NCBI GenBank assembly: GCA_963734495.1
Contig: CAVTHK010000003.1
Coordinates: forward strand, 401,318-465,317
From: an uncultured Spirochaetota bacterium
Lineage (GTDB): Bacteria > Spirochaetota > Spirochaetia > SZUA-6 > CAVTHK01
DNA: 64,000 nucleotides
Direction of reading: 5' to 3'
Shown: positions 47,496 to 57,624 of the stretch, piece after piece
Layout of the letters: each line of letters begins with the position of its first letter
Position numbering within the stretch: position 1 is the first letter of the stretch
The notes under the pieces: model-generated
Database searches by the model: none
The model's input: the letters and a program-made list of their open reading frames with translations, nothing else
Told to the model about the DNA's origin: nothing
Program-made: the position numbers and the translations under genes

Positions 47496-47690
47496 GCGCC
47501 GGGCAAGCGCCATGGAGGGCGCGGGGGTAGCGCCGCCATGGATGTCTCAGGCGCTACCCAAGGGACAGGATGTCCCGGGCCCGGCGCAGCCATGGATGGC
47601 GTGAGCGCCGGGCAAGCCCGGGGATGTCCCGGGCCCGGCGCAGCCATGGATGGCGTGAGCGCCGGGCAAGCCCGGGGATGTCCCGGGCCC
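47496..47690. repeat. REP-like cluster: GTAG-type hairpin plus 54-bp tandem repeat (2 full copies + partial)
   Basis: GGGTAGCGCC (47525-34)/GGCGCTACCC (47550-59) inverted repeat. The unit starting GATGTCCCGGGCCC recurs at 47569, 47623 and 47677 and contains GCCATGGATGGC. Confidence 0.8.
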
Positions 47691-47832
47691 CCGAAGGCCC
47701 GGCGCGCCCTGGTCCGGCGTACTCGCCGGATACCCGCCGGGGTGCGCAGCGACGCCAGATCGGGCGCGGTCCGCCGCGCCCAGACCGGCGGGAGCCGCGC
47801 GAACGACGGCCTGTCGTAAGTCCGACGGACCG

Positions 47833-48777
47833 CTAGATCAGCAGCTTGCCGCCTTGCACGACGACCCGGCCGTCGACTGAGAGCGCGGCGTCCAGCATGA
47901 CGCCGTCGATGTGCACGCCCGCGCTCACCGTGCCGCCGAACGTGGCGTTGCTGCCGAACGCGACGTGCACCGTGCCGTAGATCTTTTCGTCCTCGAGGAG
48001 GTTGCCCGAGAGGACGGCTTTGTCGTTGGTCCCGATGCCGAGCTCGCCTATGTTCCTCGCATCCGGCTTCGTCCCGAGCCGACGCTCGAGCCAGGCCGCG
48101 TCCGGACCGTCGAACCGCACGGCCCTTCCTTCCTCCACCCAGACCTCCAGCGGACCGGCGAGCCGCCCGAGCTCCGCGAGCGAGCCGTCGATCACGAAGC
48201 GCCCCTTCGCCGTGCCTTCCACCGGGGCCACGTATGCCTCGCCGGTCGGCAGGTTGCCCGAAGCCCCGCGGCGGTGATAGAGGCCATTGCTCGAGATTCC
48301 CGCGCGGCCGCCGATGGACAGCTCGAGGACGCGGCCGTCCTTCTCGACGCGGACGGACTCGCCGCGCGTGAGGATCTCCGCCAGCCGGTCGCTGCGCGCG
48401 GCGACCTCCCGGTAGTCGGCGGTGATGGCGCCGCGCACGAACATCTCTTCGGTGACTCCAGGCATCGTGGCGATGCGCGCTCCCGCTTCGCTCGCGGCCT
48501 TCCGCGCGGCTGTGTGCGTGAGCGAGTGAGTGGTCGGGCAAACGACGACGTCGCTCGCCTTCATGGCGGCCGCGACCGCGGCGACGGGCTCGGCGCCGCT
48601 GGTGCCCGTCGGCTGCGTCACGATCAGAGCGGCCTCGAGGCCGAGCGCGCGCCCCTCGTCGAACAGAGCCTCGCCGATGGCTCGCGTTTCCGTGTCCGCG
48701 ACGACGAGCAGACGCTCGCCGGCCCTCGAGCCGAGGCAGTCCACGAGGACGATGCGGGCGCCTTTGCGGATATCCAT
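47833..48777 (-). CDS. Thermophilic metalloprotease (M29) family aminopeptidase
   Basis: 'SLTHT.AR', 'NLPTGEAY', 'NIGELGIGTN', 'LEDEK..GTVHVAFG' and 'HIDG'. Confidence 0.9.
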   Translation of the reverse strand: MDIRKGARIVLVDCLGSRAGERLLVVADTETRAIGEALFDEGRALGLEAALIVTQPTGTSGAEPVAAVAAAMKASDVVVCPTTHSLTHTAARKAASEAGARIATMPGVTEEMFVRGAITADYREVAARSDRLAEILTRGESVRVEKDGRVLELSIGGRAGISSNGLYHRRGASGNLPTGEAYVAPVEGTAKGRFVIDGSLAELGRLAGPLEVWVEEGRAVRFDGPDAAWLERRLGTKPDARNIGELGIGTNDKAVLSGNLLEDEKIYGTVHVAFGSNATFGGTVSAGVHIDGVMLDAALSVDGRVVVQGGKLLI

Positions 48778-48794
48778 GCGTTTCTCCTCCTGCC

Positions 48795-49499
48795 TCAGGC
48801 GATCAGCTCTCCCGCCACCCGGCCGAGGAGCGAGCGCGGAAGGATGACCGGTTTGCCGGTCGCCCGGCGAAAGATGCCGCGAACGCTTTCGGTGTACCCG
48901 ACGCAGTCGAGGACCACCAGGCCGGGATCGCGCGCCGAGACCCGCGCAGCCGCGGCCTCGTAATCCGGCTCCCCGGCGGTGTAGGGGGAGACCGCCTCGA
49001 GGATGATCCCCGCGCCGCCTCCGCATACCCGCGCCCAGCGCCTGCCGATTGCGGGGATCTGCTCGGCGGACGGCACGATCGCAGCCAGCAGCGGGGCCGG
49101 GGCAGCCCCCGGGGCGGCGTCCGGAAGCAGGCCGCGGATCACGCTTTCCAGCAGCCGGTCCAGCGGGATCAGGAGCCTGCGCGAGGCAAGCGCCGGGAAC
49201 TCACCCGTGCACAAGAGGACCGAGAAGTCTACGCCCCTGCTCTCCAGGTCGTCGACGCAGCGCTGGAGCCGGCCGATGACGTGCCTCTCGGCAATCCTCA
49301 CCTCGGTTCCGTCGCGCATGCGGGTGACGAGAACGTAGTCGTCTTCGGAGGGCGAGAGGGCACACACCTGGTCCAGGGCAAGGTCGTCCAGCGCGCCCCT
49401 TTCGATGATCACGGCTTCGAGGCCGAGGGCCGCGCGGAACTCGGGCACGAGGTCGTCCCGTGGCGCCTGTCCGATCGTGATCGCCCCGATCCTGTGCAC
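48795..49499 (-). CDS. AroM family protein
   Basis: 'TIGQAPRDD', 'LVTRMRDG', 'LLCTGEF', 'SPY' and 'LDCVGY'. GTG start at 49499. Confidence 0.88.
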   Translation of the reverse strand: MHRIGAITIGQAPRDDLVPEFRAALGLEAVIIERGALDDLALDQVCALSPSEDDYVLVTRMRDGTEVRIAERHVIGRLQRCVDDLESRGVDFSVLLCTGEFPALASRRLLIPLDRLLESVIRGLLPDAAPGAAPAPLLAAIVPSAEQIPAIGRRWARVCGGGAGIILEAVSPYTAGEPDYEAAAARVSARDPGLVVLDCVGYTESVRGIFRRATGKPVILPRSLLGRVAGELIA

Positions 49500-49530
49500 G
49501 AGACCTCCCGCCGCGGGTTGCCGGCGTCCG

Positions 49531-50469
49531 CTATGCGGTCGCGCGGCCCGGCGTCTGCAGATGCCGCATCGGCCCGTACAGGGCGACCAGCCTGGCGAGC
49601 TCTTCGGTGTCGTAGAGGCGGCACGCATCCGAGGTGAACGCCTTGGCCACCTCGATCGCGAAGCGGGCGGCTTCCTCGATGTCCGTTTCGCGGCTGGCGC
49701 CGGTGGCGCAGCCCGGCACGGGGCGCACCGCCGTGATGGCCACCCCGACGACCGGGGCGCGCGTGGCGACGGCCGGCTGCAGGATGCTGTTGACGTGGAA
49801 GAGCCCGTTCCCGTAAGGGGTGATGTCCTGCGTCGTGACCGGCAGCACCCGGGGCTCCAGCCCCGTGCTCCACTCCATGAGATCGAGAAGGTCCTCGCTG
49901 ACGCGCAGGATCCAGCCTTCCTTGATCGTCGGCGAGATGGCGAAACCGCGGTGGTTGATGATCCGGTTGCCCCGCGTCGTGTCGATCGACAGGATCGCGT
50001 CCATGGCCTCATCGACCTCGTGCTCGTTCATCTCGGCCATGTCCACGGGGGAGCCCATGAAGGGCACCGGCTCGTGCGGCTGAGTGGGGGCGCGCGGGCA
50101 GATGTGCGTGGCCAGGATGACGTCGCCCTTGAGCCGGTCGCCCTTTGCCGCCATGTCAGCCAGCTTGTAGGCGCAGGAGAGGGCTGCTACGGCGCCGTCC
50201 GCGTCCGAGACGATGCCGGTCCGCTCCGGCCGGGCGCCGATGCCTCCCAGCCTGCCGATGATCCCGAGGGTGGGGGCGCGCCCGCCCGCCGCTTTTCCCG
50301 CGGTGCCGGGCACGACGGCCTTCACGAAGTCCGTGGAACCGCGGGTCCCGCCGATCGTCGCAACAGCCAGCTCGAGTCCGCAGCGCTGCTCGAAGAACGA
50401 GGCGACTGCCGCGCCGTCGATGCCTCCGTCGTCGAGCAGCTCGAAGACCTCGATCACGTGCTTCAGCAT
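49531..50469 (-). CDS. DUF1177 domain-containing protein
   Basis: 'GSTDFVK', 'APTLGIIGRLGGIGARP', 'VSDADGA', 'THICP' and 'SIDTTRGNR'. Confidence 0.88.
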   Translation of the reverse strand: MLKHVIEVFELLDDGGIDGAAVASFFEQRCGLELAVATIGGTRGSTDFVKAVVPGTAGKAAGGRAPTLGIIGRLGGIGARPERTGIVSDADGAVAALSCAYKLADMAAKGDRLKGDVILATHICPRAPTQPHEPVPFMGSPVDMAEMNEHEVDEAMDAILSIDTTRGNRIINHRGFAISPTIKEGWILRVSEDLLDLMEWSTGLEPRVLPVTTQDITPYGNGLFHVNSILQPAVATRAPVVGVAITAVRPVPGCATGASRETDIEEAARFAIEVAKAFTSDACRLYDTEELARLVALYGPMRHLQTPGRATA

Positions 50470-50606
50470 GGCTTTGCTCCGTCAGGCGTCGCGTCGGGAG
50501 GGTTCGGAGTCGGGTCCATCCTACGAAAGGCGGCGCGTGCCGTCAATGGTCGGGCCCGCGCGCTGCCGGGCCACGCGCGGCCGCCCGTGCTCCGGCGCCG
50601 CAAGCC

Positions 50607-51581
50607 TCAAAGGCCCGGGTACCAGTGCCGCGCGTTCTCCGCGTAGAAGTTGCTCAGCGCGGGCTCAGGGAGAGCGAGCCCTTCGACTTCGCTGTCGAAG
50701 AGCCGGACCGTGCCCCGGCCTGCGTAAAACGCGCGCTCCATCGCGTAACGCGTCTCGATCGCCGCGAGGATGTCGCGCCTCGCGGCGGCGTCGAGTTGCG
50801 AGAGGTCCGTCCGATGGACCTGGTCGGTGCCGAACAGGATCCGGTCCGGGTAGCGCTCGAAGAACGCGCGCACCTTGTCCGGCTCCTGGCGCGCCAGGTC
50901 CCGGACGCGGGCCGAGGTGTCCACTGCGAAGTTCGGATAGCGGTCCAACCGCCGGGCCACCTCCGCGACGTCGTGCTCGAGGCTCCCGAGGTGGGCGCCC
51001 ACGATGCGGAGGCGCGGGTGGCGCTCGACGAGCCTGTCGCGCGCGGCGATGATGGCCTCGTGCGAAGGGAACCCGACGCGGCCGTGCATGTGCCATTCCG
51101 GGTGGGCGCTGTAGTAGCCGTAGTGCGGGCTCGCAGGGTCCAGGGGCTGCCAGCACGCCAGCGGCTCACCGATGTGGGCCAGCAGCGTGAGCCCCTGCTT
51201 CTCGAGAAAGGCGAGGATCGGGTCGAAGACCGGATCGTCGACCATCAGGTACGCTCCATCGGGCCGCCGGACCTCCATCCCGACGTTCTTCCAGATCTTG
51301 CAGGCGACGGCGCCGTCCGCGATGTCCGAGCGCAGCCCCTCGATCACGCGATCGGCGTAGTGAGGGTCGCCGAAGCGCGGCAGGTCGAAGGCGGTGCACC
51401 ATGCGAAGCGCCGCGGCGAGGCGGCATGGAGGCTGCGGTACAGCTCGGCCTGCGCGCGCCATCTTCCCTCCGAATCATGAGGCACGCAGACGTTCAGGGC
51501 CGCGACGTCGAGGCGCTCGAGCAGGCTGTCGCACTCCGGATGTCCGGCGGTCAGGTGGATGTGGGCGTCGATCATGGTCAT
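50607..51581 (-). CDS. Amidohydrolase_2 family metal-dependent hydrolase
   Basis: 'IDAHIH', 'ACKIWK', 'LAHIGEP', 'GAHLG', 'VDTSAR' and 'ILFGTD'. Confidence 0.88.
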   Translation of the reverse strand: MTMIDAHIHLTAGHPECDSLLERLDVAALNVCVPHDSEGRWRAQAELYRSLHAASPRRFAWCTAFDLPRFGDPHYADRVIEGLRSDIADGAVACKIWKNVGMEVRRPDGAYLMVDDPVFDPILAFLEKQGLTLLAHIGEPLACWQPLDPASPHYGYYSAHPEWHMHGRVGFPSHEAIIAARDRLVERHPRLRIVGAHLGSLEHDVAEVARRLDRYPNFAVDTSARVRDLARQEPDKVRAFFERYPDRILFGTDQVHRTDLSQLDAAARRDILAAIETRYAMERAFYAGRGTVRLFDSEVEGLALPEPALSNFYAENARHWYPGL

Positions 51582-51736
51582 GGAGTGAGCATGGATCGGG
51601 CCGGCCCGCAGCGCAAGGGCTTGCCGGCCGCCTTGCGCCGCCTTCATTAAGAGTTCCTTGCGGGCGGGGGGGTGCCTGCCAAGCCTGACCTTTCTAGTGT
51701 ATGATCGACCTGCAGAAAAGGAGTTCCCGCATCACG

Positions 51737-52987
51737 ATGAAGAAGTGGGTCCTCATCCTCGTTATTGCGGCAGTCGTCGGCGGCGCCCTGATCGCGTGGC
51801 TGCGCTTCGGCGCGAGCCAGGCGGGCCGAGCGGCGCAGGGCGCGCGGGCCGCTGTGCCTGCGGCCGGCAGCCGGCAGGCGGTCGCGGTCGAAGCCGTCCC
51901 GGTGACCAGGGTCACGCTCCGCGACCTCGGGACCTTCAGCGGGTCCCTGCTGGCGCGCTCGAACGTCCAGGTCTCGGCCCGGATCGCCGGCAGGCTCGAA
52001 CGGCTTCTCGTCGACGTGGGTGACCGCGTCGAGAAGGGCCGGCTGCTCGCCGTGCTCGACAGCGAAGAATACGCGCAGGCGCTCGAGCAGGCGCGCGCGG
52101 AGCTCGCTGTCGCCGAAGCCAACCGGAAGGCGGCCGCGATCACTCTCGACATGGCGGGCCGCGACCTCGAGAGGGCCAAGACCCTCAGGGAAAAGAAGAT
52201 CTCCTCCGAGTCGGAGCTCGATCAAGCCGATGCGCAGCGCCGCAAGGCCGAGGCGCAGGACGACGTCGCGGTCGCGCAGGTCCGCCAGAAGGAGGCGGCG
52301 CTCAAGGCCGCTGAGCTGCGTGTGTCGCAGACGCAGATCCGCGCCGACTGGCAGGACGGCTCGGCCACGAGGGTGGTCGGCGAGCGCTACGCGGAGGCCG
52401 GCTCGCTGCTGCGCGCCAACGACGCGATCTGCAGCCTCCTCGACATCGGCACGCTCGTCGCGGTGGTGCAGGTCACCGACCAGAGCTACGCCAGGGTCCA
52501 CCTCGGCCAGCGCGCCGACGTGGCTTCGGACGCCCTGCCGGGCAGGGTGTTCCCAGGCAGCGTCAGCCGCGTTGCTCCCTTCCTCCGCGAGTCGACCCGT
52601 CAGGCCGAGGTCAGGGTCGAGATCCCCAACGCCGACGCGGCCCTGAAGCCCGGAATGCCGGTGCAGATCACGCTCGAGTTCGGCCGCAGGGAGGCGGTCC
52701 CGGCCGTGCCTTCCGGCTCCGTGACGACGCGCGAGGGCGTGAAAGGGGTGTTCCTCGTGGACGAGACGGCCAAGGTCGCCCGCTTCGTCGCCGTCACGAC
52801 GGGCGTCACCGAGGGGGCGCTGATCGAGGTGACGAACCGCTCGCTCGAAGGGCTCGTCGTCACCCTCGGGCAGCACCTGCTGGAAGACGGGGCCGCGGTG
52901 ACGGTGTCCCGGGGCGCCAACGCCACTTTGGGCAACGGAGGGCAGCCGGCGGCGCCCGCGGTGCCGGCCCAGGGGAGGAAATCATGA
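51737..52987 (+). CDS. RND efflux periplasmic adaptor subunit
   Basis: N-terminal TM, 'RLLVDVGDRVEKG.LLA', coiled-coil hairpin and 'LKPGM'. AAAGGAG SD precedes ATG 51737. Confidence 0.93.
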   Translation: MKKWVLILVIAAVVGGALIAWLRFGASQAGRAAQGARAAVPAAGSRQAVAVEAVPVTRVTLRDLGTFSGSLLARSNVQVSARIAGRLERLLVDVGDRVEKGRLLAVLDSEEYAQALEQARAELAVAEANRKAAAITLDMAGRDLERAKTLREKKISSESELDQADAQRRKAEAQDDVAVAQVRQKEAALKAAELRVSQTQIRADWQDGSATRVVGERYAEAGSLLRANDAICSLLDIGTLVAVVQVTDQSYARVHLGQRADVASDALPGRVFPGSVSRVAPFLRESTRQAEVRVEIPNADAALKPGMPVQITLEFGRREAVPAVPSGSVTTREGVKGVFLVDETAKVARFVAVTTGVTEGALIEVTNRSLEGLVVTLGQHLLEDGAAVTVSRGANATLGNGGQPAAPAVPAQGRKS

Positions 52988-55900
52988 ACCTGGCAGCCCA
53001 GTCGGTGAGGCGGCCCGTCCTCACCACGATGGTCGCCCTGATCGTCCTCATCGTGGGCATGGTCGCGCTGCGGCGTCTTCCCATCGACCTCATGCCCGAC
53101 ATCAGCTACCCGTCACTCTCCATCAACGTGACGTATTCCAACGCGGACCCGGCCGTCGTCGAACAGCTCATTACGAGGCCCATCGAAGAGGCGATGGCCG
53201 CGGTGCCGGGGGTCGAGGAGATCAACTCGACCTCCTCCGAAGGCCAGAGCCAGGTGCGTCTCGCGTTCGCCTGGGGCACGAACATCGACGCGGTGGCCAC
53301 CGACGTGCGCGACCGGCTCGACCGCGTGACGGGGCGCCTTCCGGAGGACATCGAGAGGCCGCGGCTTTTCAAGTTCGATGCCGCGAGCTTCCCCATCATG
53401 TCCCTCGGGATCGTGAGCGACATGGACCCGGTCCAGCTCCGCGAGATCGTGGACGACCAGATAGGCTACCGACTGGAGCGCGTGCCCGGCGTCGCGTCGG
53501 CCGACGTCTGGGGAGGCCTCGGGCGTCAGGTGCAGGTCAACCTGATCCCCGAGCGGCTGAAAGCCCTGGACATCCCTGTCGACCAGATTCTCGCGCGCGT
53601 CAAGGCGGCCAACGTCCAGCTCCCCGTCGGGACGCTCTACGAAGGCCGGTCGCAGCGCACGCTCCGCACCTCGGGTCTGCTCGCGAGCATGCCGCAGATC
53701 GGCGAAACCGTGGTGGCGGTCAAGCAGGGAGTGCCCATCAGGCTCAAGCAGGTCGCGGACGTGAGCGACGCCTTCGAGCGGCCCACGCGGATCGCCCGCA
53801 TCAACGGAAAGCCGGGCATACGCCTCTCGATCAGCAAGCAGTCGGGCAAGAACACGGTGGAGGTGGCCAGGGCGGTGCGGGCGGAAATGGACCGCATCAA
53901 GACGGATTTCCCGCAGCTGCAGATCGCCCTCATCAACGACACCTCGACCTACATCCAGAGCTCCATCGGCAGCGTCGGGAGCGCCGCGATCAACGGCGGG
54001 ATCATCGCGCTGCTCGTCCTGCTGTTCTTCCTCCGCAACCTGCGGAGCACGCTGATCATCGGGACATCGATCCCGCTCTCGATCATAGCGACGTTCGCGC
54101 TGATGTACTTTAACGGCTTCACGCTGAACATCATGAGCCTGGGAGCGCTCGCTCTCGGCGTCGGCATGCTCGTCGACAACTCGATCGTCGTGCTCGAGAA
54201 CATCTACCGGCTGCGCGACGAAGAGGGCAAGGGCGCGATCGAAGGCTCCATCCAGGGAAGCAACGAGGTCGGCGCCGCGGTCGTGGCGAGCACGCTCACG
54301 ACCGTGGTCGTCTTCCTTCCCCTCGTCTTCATCAGGGGGATCTCGGGAGTCATGTACAAGCAGCTCGCGATCGTCGTGAGCTTCGCGCTGTTGTGCTCCC
54401 TGGTGTCCGCGCTCACCCTCGTTCCCATGATGTCGTCCCGGCTGCTCAAGGGCGTCTTCGCCGACGCGAGCGGCAACGGGCGGAGCCGGCTTCATCACTG
54501 GACGGGCGTCTTCCATCATGCCATGGACGGCGTCTACGGCAGGGCGCTCGCGGCCGCGCTGCGACGTCCGGCGGTCACGCTGACCATCGTGGCGGTCGTC
54601 TTCACGGGCTGCATCTTCCTTGCGACACGGGTGGGGATCGAGCTGATGCCCGTCACCGACGAAGGCCAGGTCCGGGTCGACGCGACCATGGAGGTGGGAA
54701 CGCGCCTGGAGGTCACGGACCTCGCGATGAAGAACATCGAACGGATCGTGCAGCAGGCGGTCCCTGAAGCCCAGGTCATGCTCTCCAGCGTCGGCGGCGG
54801 AGGGCACGGCTCCGGATCGGCGTCGGGCCAGATCAGCCTGACGCTCAAGCCGAGGCGGGAGCGCAGGCGCTCCGACTCGCAGATCGCCGCCGACCTGCGG
54901 CGGAAGCTGGCCGGCATCCCCGGGATCACCTTGCGCACGCGAACCGGGCAGGGCTTTTTCATGTTCCACATGGCCAGCGGCGGAACGGAGCGCGTGCAGG
55001 CCGAAGTCAGGGGCTACGACATGAACGCCGCGTACCTCGTAGCGGCGCAGATCCAGAAGATGGCGGAGAAGGTGCCCGGCGTCACGGACGCGCAGCTCAG
55101 CCGCGAGAGCGGAGCGCCCGAGGACTGGGTCACGATCGACCGCCTGCGCGCCGCCGAGCTCAACCTCACCGTCCAGCAGGTCTCGACGCTCCTGCAGACC
55201 CTGGTCTCCGGCACCAGCGCCGGCACGTTCCGCGAGGGCGAGAACGAGATCGACCTCGTGGTGCGGCTCAAGGACGCGGAGCAGGTGGGCCTCGAGCCGC
55301 TCCTCGACCTGCCGGTCACGTACATCGACGGGAGGCCGGTGGCTCTGCGCAACGTCATCGAACTGCACCGCGGCAGCGGCCCCGTGGCGATCGAGCGCAA
55401 CAACCAGGAGCGGCGGATCTCCATCTACGCGAACACCGCGGGCCGTGACCCCAACGCCGTGGTGGAAGACATGCAGCAACGCCTGCGGAGCCTTCCGATG
55501 CCCGAAGGGCTCGCGGTCCGCTTTACCGGCGACTACCAGGAGCAGAAGGATACCGCCCGCGAGCTCGCTCTTGCGATCGCGCTGTCTCTCGTGCTCGTGT
55601 ACATGGTCATGGCCTGCCTCTACGAGTCGCTGTGGGATCCCTTCATCGTCATGTTCTCCGTGCCCCTGTCGCTGATCGGCCTGGTGCTCATCCTGTTCCT
55701 CACCCGCACTTCGTTCAACATCCAGTCCGGCATCGGCGCCCTCATGCTGGGAGGCATCGTCGTCAACAACGCGATCCTCCTCGTGGACACGACGAACCTG
55801 CTTCGCCGGAGGGACGGGATGCCCCTGAGGAAAGCGGTGGAGGAGGCGGGCCGCAGGAGAATGCGCCCGATCCTGATGACGTCCCTCACGACGATCCTTG

Positions 55901-56130
55901 GCCTTCTCCCGATGGCCATCGGAATCGGCGAGGGCGGCGAGGTGCAGGCGCCGCTCGCCCGGGCCGTGATCGGGGGGCTCTCGAGCGCGACGTTCATCAC
56001 GCTCCTGGTCATCCCGACGGTCTACCTCGTGATCGAAGGTTGGAGGGCCAAAAGGAAGGCAGCCGCGCCGGGGGCGCCGGCCGGCGCCGGAGCCAATGCC
56101 TCCGCGGAAACAAGGACGGTCGTCGGGTGA
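52984..56130 (+). CDS. RND transporter permease (AcrB/AcrD/AcrF family)
   Basis: 1048 aa, 'RRPV', 'GMLVDNSIVVLEN', 'GIVVNNAILLVD' and 'RMRPILMT'. Confidence 0.96.
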   Translation: MNLAAQSVRRPVLTTMVALIVLIVGMVALRRLPIDLMPDISYPSLSINVTYSNADPAVVEQLITRPIEEAMAAVPGVEEINSTSSEGQSQVRLAFAWGTNIDAVATDVRDRLDRVTGRLPEDIERPRLFKFDAASFPIMSLGIVSDMDPVQLREIVDDQIGYRLERVPGVASADVWGGLGRQVQVNLIPERLKALDIPVDQILARVKAANVQLPVGTLYEGRSQRTLRTSGLLASMPQIGETVVAVKQGVPIRLKQVADVSDAFERPTRIARINGKPGIRLSISKQSGKNTVEVARAVRAEMDRIKTDFPQLQIALINDTSTYIQSSIGSVGSAAINGGIIALLVLLFFLRNLRSTLIIGTSIPLSIIATFALMYFNGFTLNIMSLGALALGVGMLVDNSIVVLENIYRLRDEEGKGAIEGSIQGSNEVGAAVVASTLTTVVVFLPLVFIRGISGVMYKQLAIVVSFALLCSLVSALTLVPMMSSRLLKGVFADASGNGRSRLHHWTGVFHHAMDGVYGRALAAALRRPAVTLTIVAVVFTGCIFLATRVGIELMPVTDEGQVRVDATMEVGTRLEVTDLAMKNIERIVQQAVPEAQVMLSSVGGGGHGSGSASGQISLTLKPRRERRRSDSQIAADLRRKLAGIPGITLRTRTGQGFFMFHMASGGTERVQAEVRGYDMNAAYLVAAQIQKMAEKVPGVTDAQLSRESGAPEDWVTIDRLRAAELNLTVQQVSTLLQTLVSGTSAGTFREGENEIDLVVRLKDAEQVGLEPLLDLPVTYIDGRPVALRNVIELHRGSGPVAIERNNQERRISIYANTAGRDPNAVVEDMQQRLRSLPMPEGLAVRFTGDYQEQKDTARELALAIALSLVLVYMVMACLYESLWDPFIVMFSVPLSLIGLVLILFLTRTSFNIQSGIGALMLGGIVVNNAILLVDTTNLLRRRDGMPLRKAVEEAGRRRMRPILMTSLTTILGLLPMAIGIGEGGEVQAPLARAVIGGLSSATFITLLVIPTVYLVIEGWRAKRKAAAPGAPAGAGANASAETRTVVG

Positions 56131-57539
56131 AACGCGCTCTGTTGCTCGCGTCGCTGCTTGCGGCGTCCTTGTCGGGGCGGGCTCAGGCCCAGGCTGCGGC
56201 CCCGCAGCCGCTCGCGCTTTCGCTGCGCGAAGCGCTGCTGCTGTCGCTGGAGAACAGCCCGGCGCTCAAGGTGCAGGCGCTCTCCGTGTCGGTGACCCGG
56301 ACCGCGGAAAAGGAGCAGGCCGGTGCGTTCGACCCGACGGTCTCCGCCGACGTCTCGCGGACGTGGAACCCGACGAGCTCCGGCGGCGTCGTCGGCCCCG
56401 ACCAGACCGACGCCGACGTGGGCGTGTCGGCGCTGCTTGCGCCCGGGACGTCCGTCAGCGCGGACGTCGGCGCGACGTGGGCAGACGACACCGCGAGCAG
56501 CGTCAGCGTCGGCGTGACCCAGCCGCTGCTCAGGGGGGCCTTCCCTCCCGTGAACCTCGCGCGCGTGAAGCAGGCGCGGATCGACACGTTCTCGTCGCGC
56601 TACCAGCTCCTGGGATTCACCTCCGGGCTGATGGGCGACGTCGAGACCGCGTACTGGGACTTCTACCTGGCCGGCGAGCAGCTGAAGATCAACCGTGAGT
56701 CGCTCAGGCTCGCGGAACAGCAGCTCGAGGAGACCCGGGCGCGGGTCCAGGTCGGCCGCCTCGCCGAGATCGAGATCGCGGCGGCGGAGGCCGAGGTCGC
56801 CTCCCGCCGGCAGGGCGTCCTCTCGGCCGAGGGCCGCGTGGAGACCGCGCGCGTGGGCCTGATCATGCTGCTCAATCCTCCCGGAGAGTCGCGGTGGGAG
56901 AGCGAGGTGCGCGTGACCGACACGCCCGCGATCCCTCCCGACGACCTCGGCGAAGCCGGGCAGGCTGTGACCGCGGGCCTCCGCTCGCGTCCGGACCTGG
57001 CGCAGGCCCGGCTCGCGATCGAGCGCGGCGACCTGGAGCTGGTGAGGACGCGCAACGGCATCCTGCCGAAGCTCGATCTCTTTTTCACCGGATCGGCGCC
57101 CGCCGATACGCTCAAGCAGCCGGATGTGACGGCGGGCCTGCGCTTCGAGGTCCCGCTCGGCAACCAGGCAGCCTCCGCCCGCAACGAGCGGGCGGCATTC
57201 TCGCGGCGGCAGGCCGAAGAGGCGCTGCGCAACCTCCAGCTCGTGGCCGAGGCCGATATCCGCACGGCGCATGGCGAGGCGCGGCTTGCCTTGAGCCAGA
57301 TCGAGGCCACGGCCGTCGTGCAGCGGCTGCAGGAGCAGAAGCTCGCGGCCGAAACGGAAAAGTTCCGCGTCGGGACCTCCACGACGTTCCTCGTAGCGCA
57401 GGCGCAGCGGGACCTCCTCAACGCCCAGCTCGCGGCGGTGCAGGCCTCGGCGGGCTACCTGCAGGCGCTGGTGCGCTTCTACCTCTCCGAAGGGACGCTC
57501 CTGCAGAAGCGGGGCGTCGAGGTCCCCGCGGCTCCCTGA
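56127..57539 (+). CDS. TolC-family outer-membrane efflux protein
   Basis: Signal peptide, 'SLREALLLSLENSP', 'DVETAYW' and 'VAQAQRDL'. GTG overlaps the RND stop (GTGA). Confidence 0.9.
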   Translation: MKRALLLASLLAASLSGRAQAQAAAPQPLALSLREALLLSLENSPALKVQALSVSVTRTAEKEQAGAFDPTVSADVSRTWNPTSSGGVVGPDQTDADVGVSALLAPGTSVSADVGATWADDTASSVSVGVTQPLLRGAFPPVNLARVKQARIDTFSSRYQLLGFTSGLMGDVETAYWDFYLAGEQLKINRESLRLAEQQLEETRARVQVGRLAEIEIAAAEAEVASRRQGVLSAEGRVETARVGLIMLLNPPGESRWESEVRVTDTPAIPPDDLGEAGQAVTAGLRSRPDLAQARLAIERGDLELVRTRNGILPKLDLFFTGSAPADTLKQPDVTAGLRFEVPLGNQAASARNERAAFSRRQAEEALRNLQLVAEADIRTAHGEARLALSQIEATAVVQRLQEQKLAAETEKFRVGTSTTFLVAQAQRDLLNAQLAAVQASAGYLQALVRFYLSEGTLLQKRGVEVPAAP

Positions 57540-57624
57540 GGCCCCGGCACCTGTTTCCGCGCCCCGTGGCGCCCCCGTTCCGCCCCCGTGGACGCGGCCG
57601 CGGCGGGCAGGGCATACTCGCTCC

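Noticed and set aside
47569-47690. 54-bp repeats as a CRISPR array
   Set aside because: The units are head-to-tail and identical with no unique spacers, so this is a tandem/REP-type repeat.
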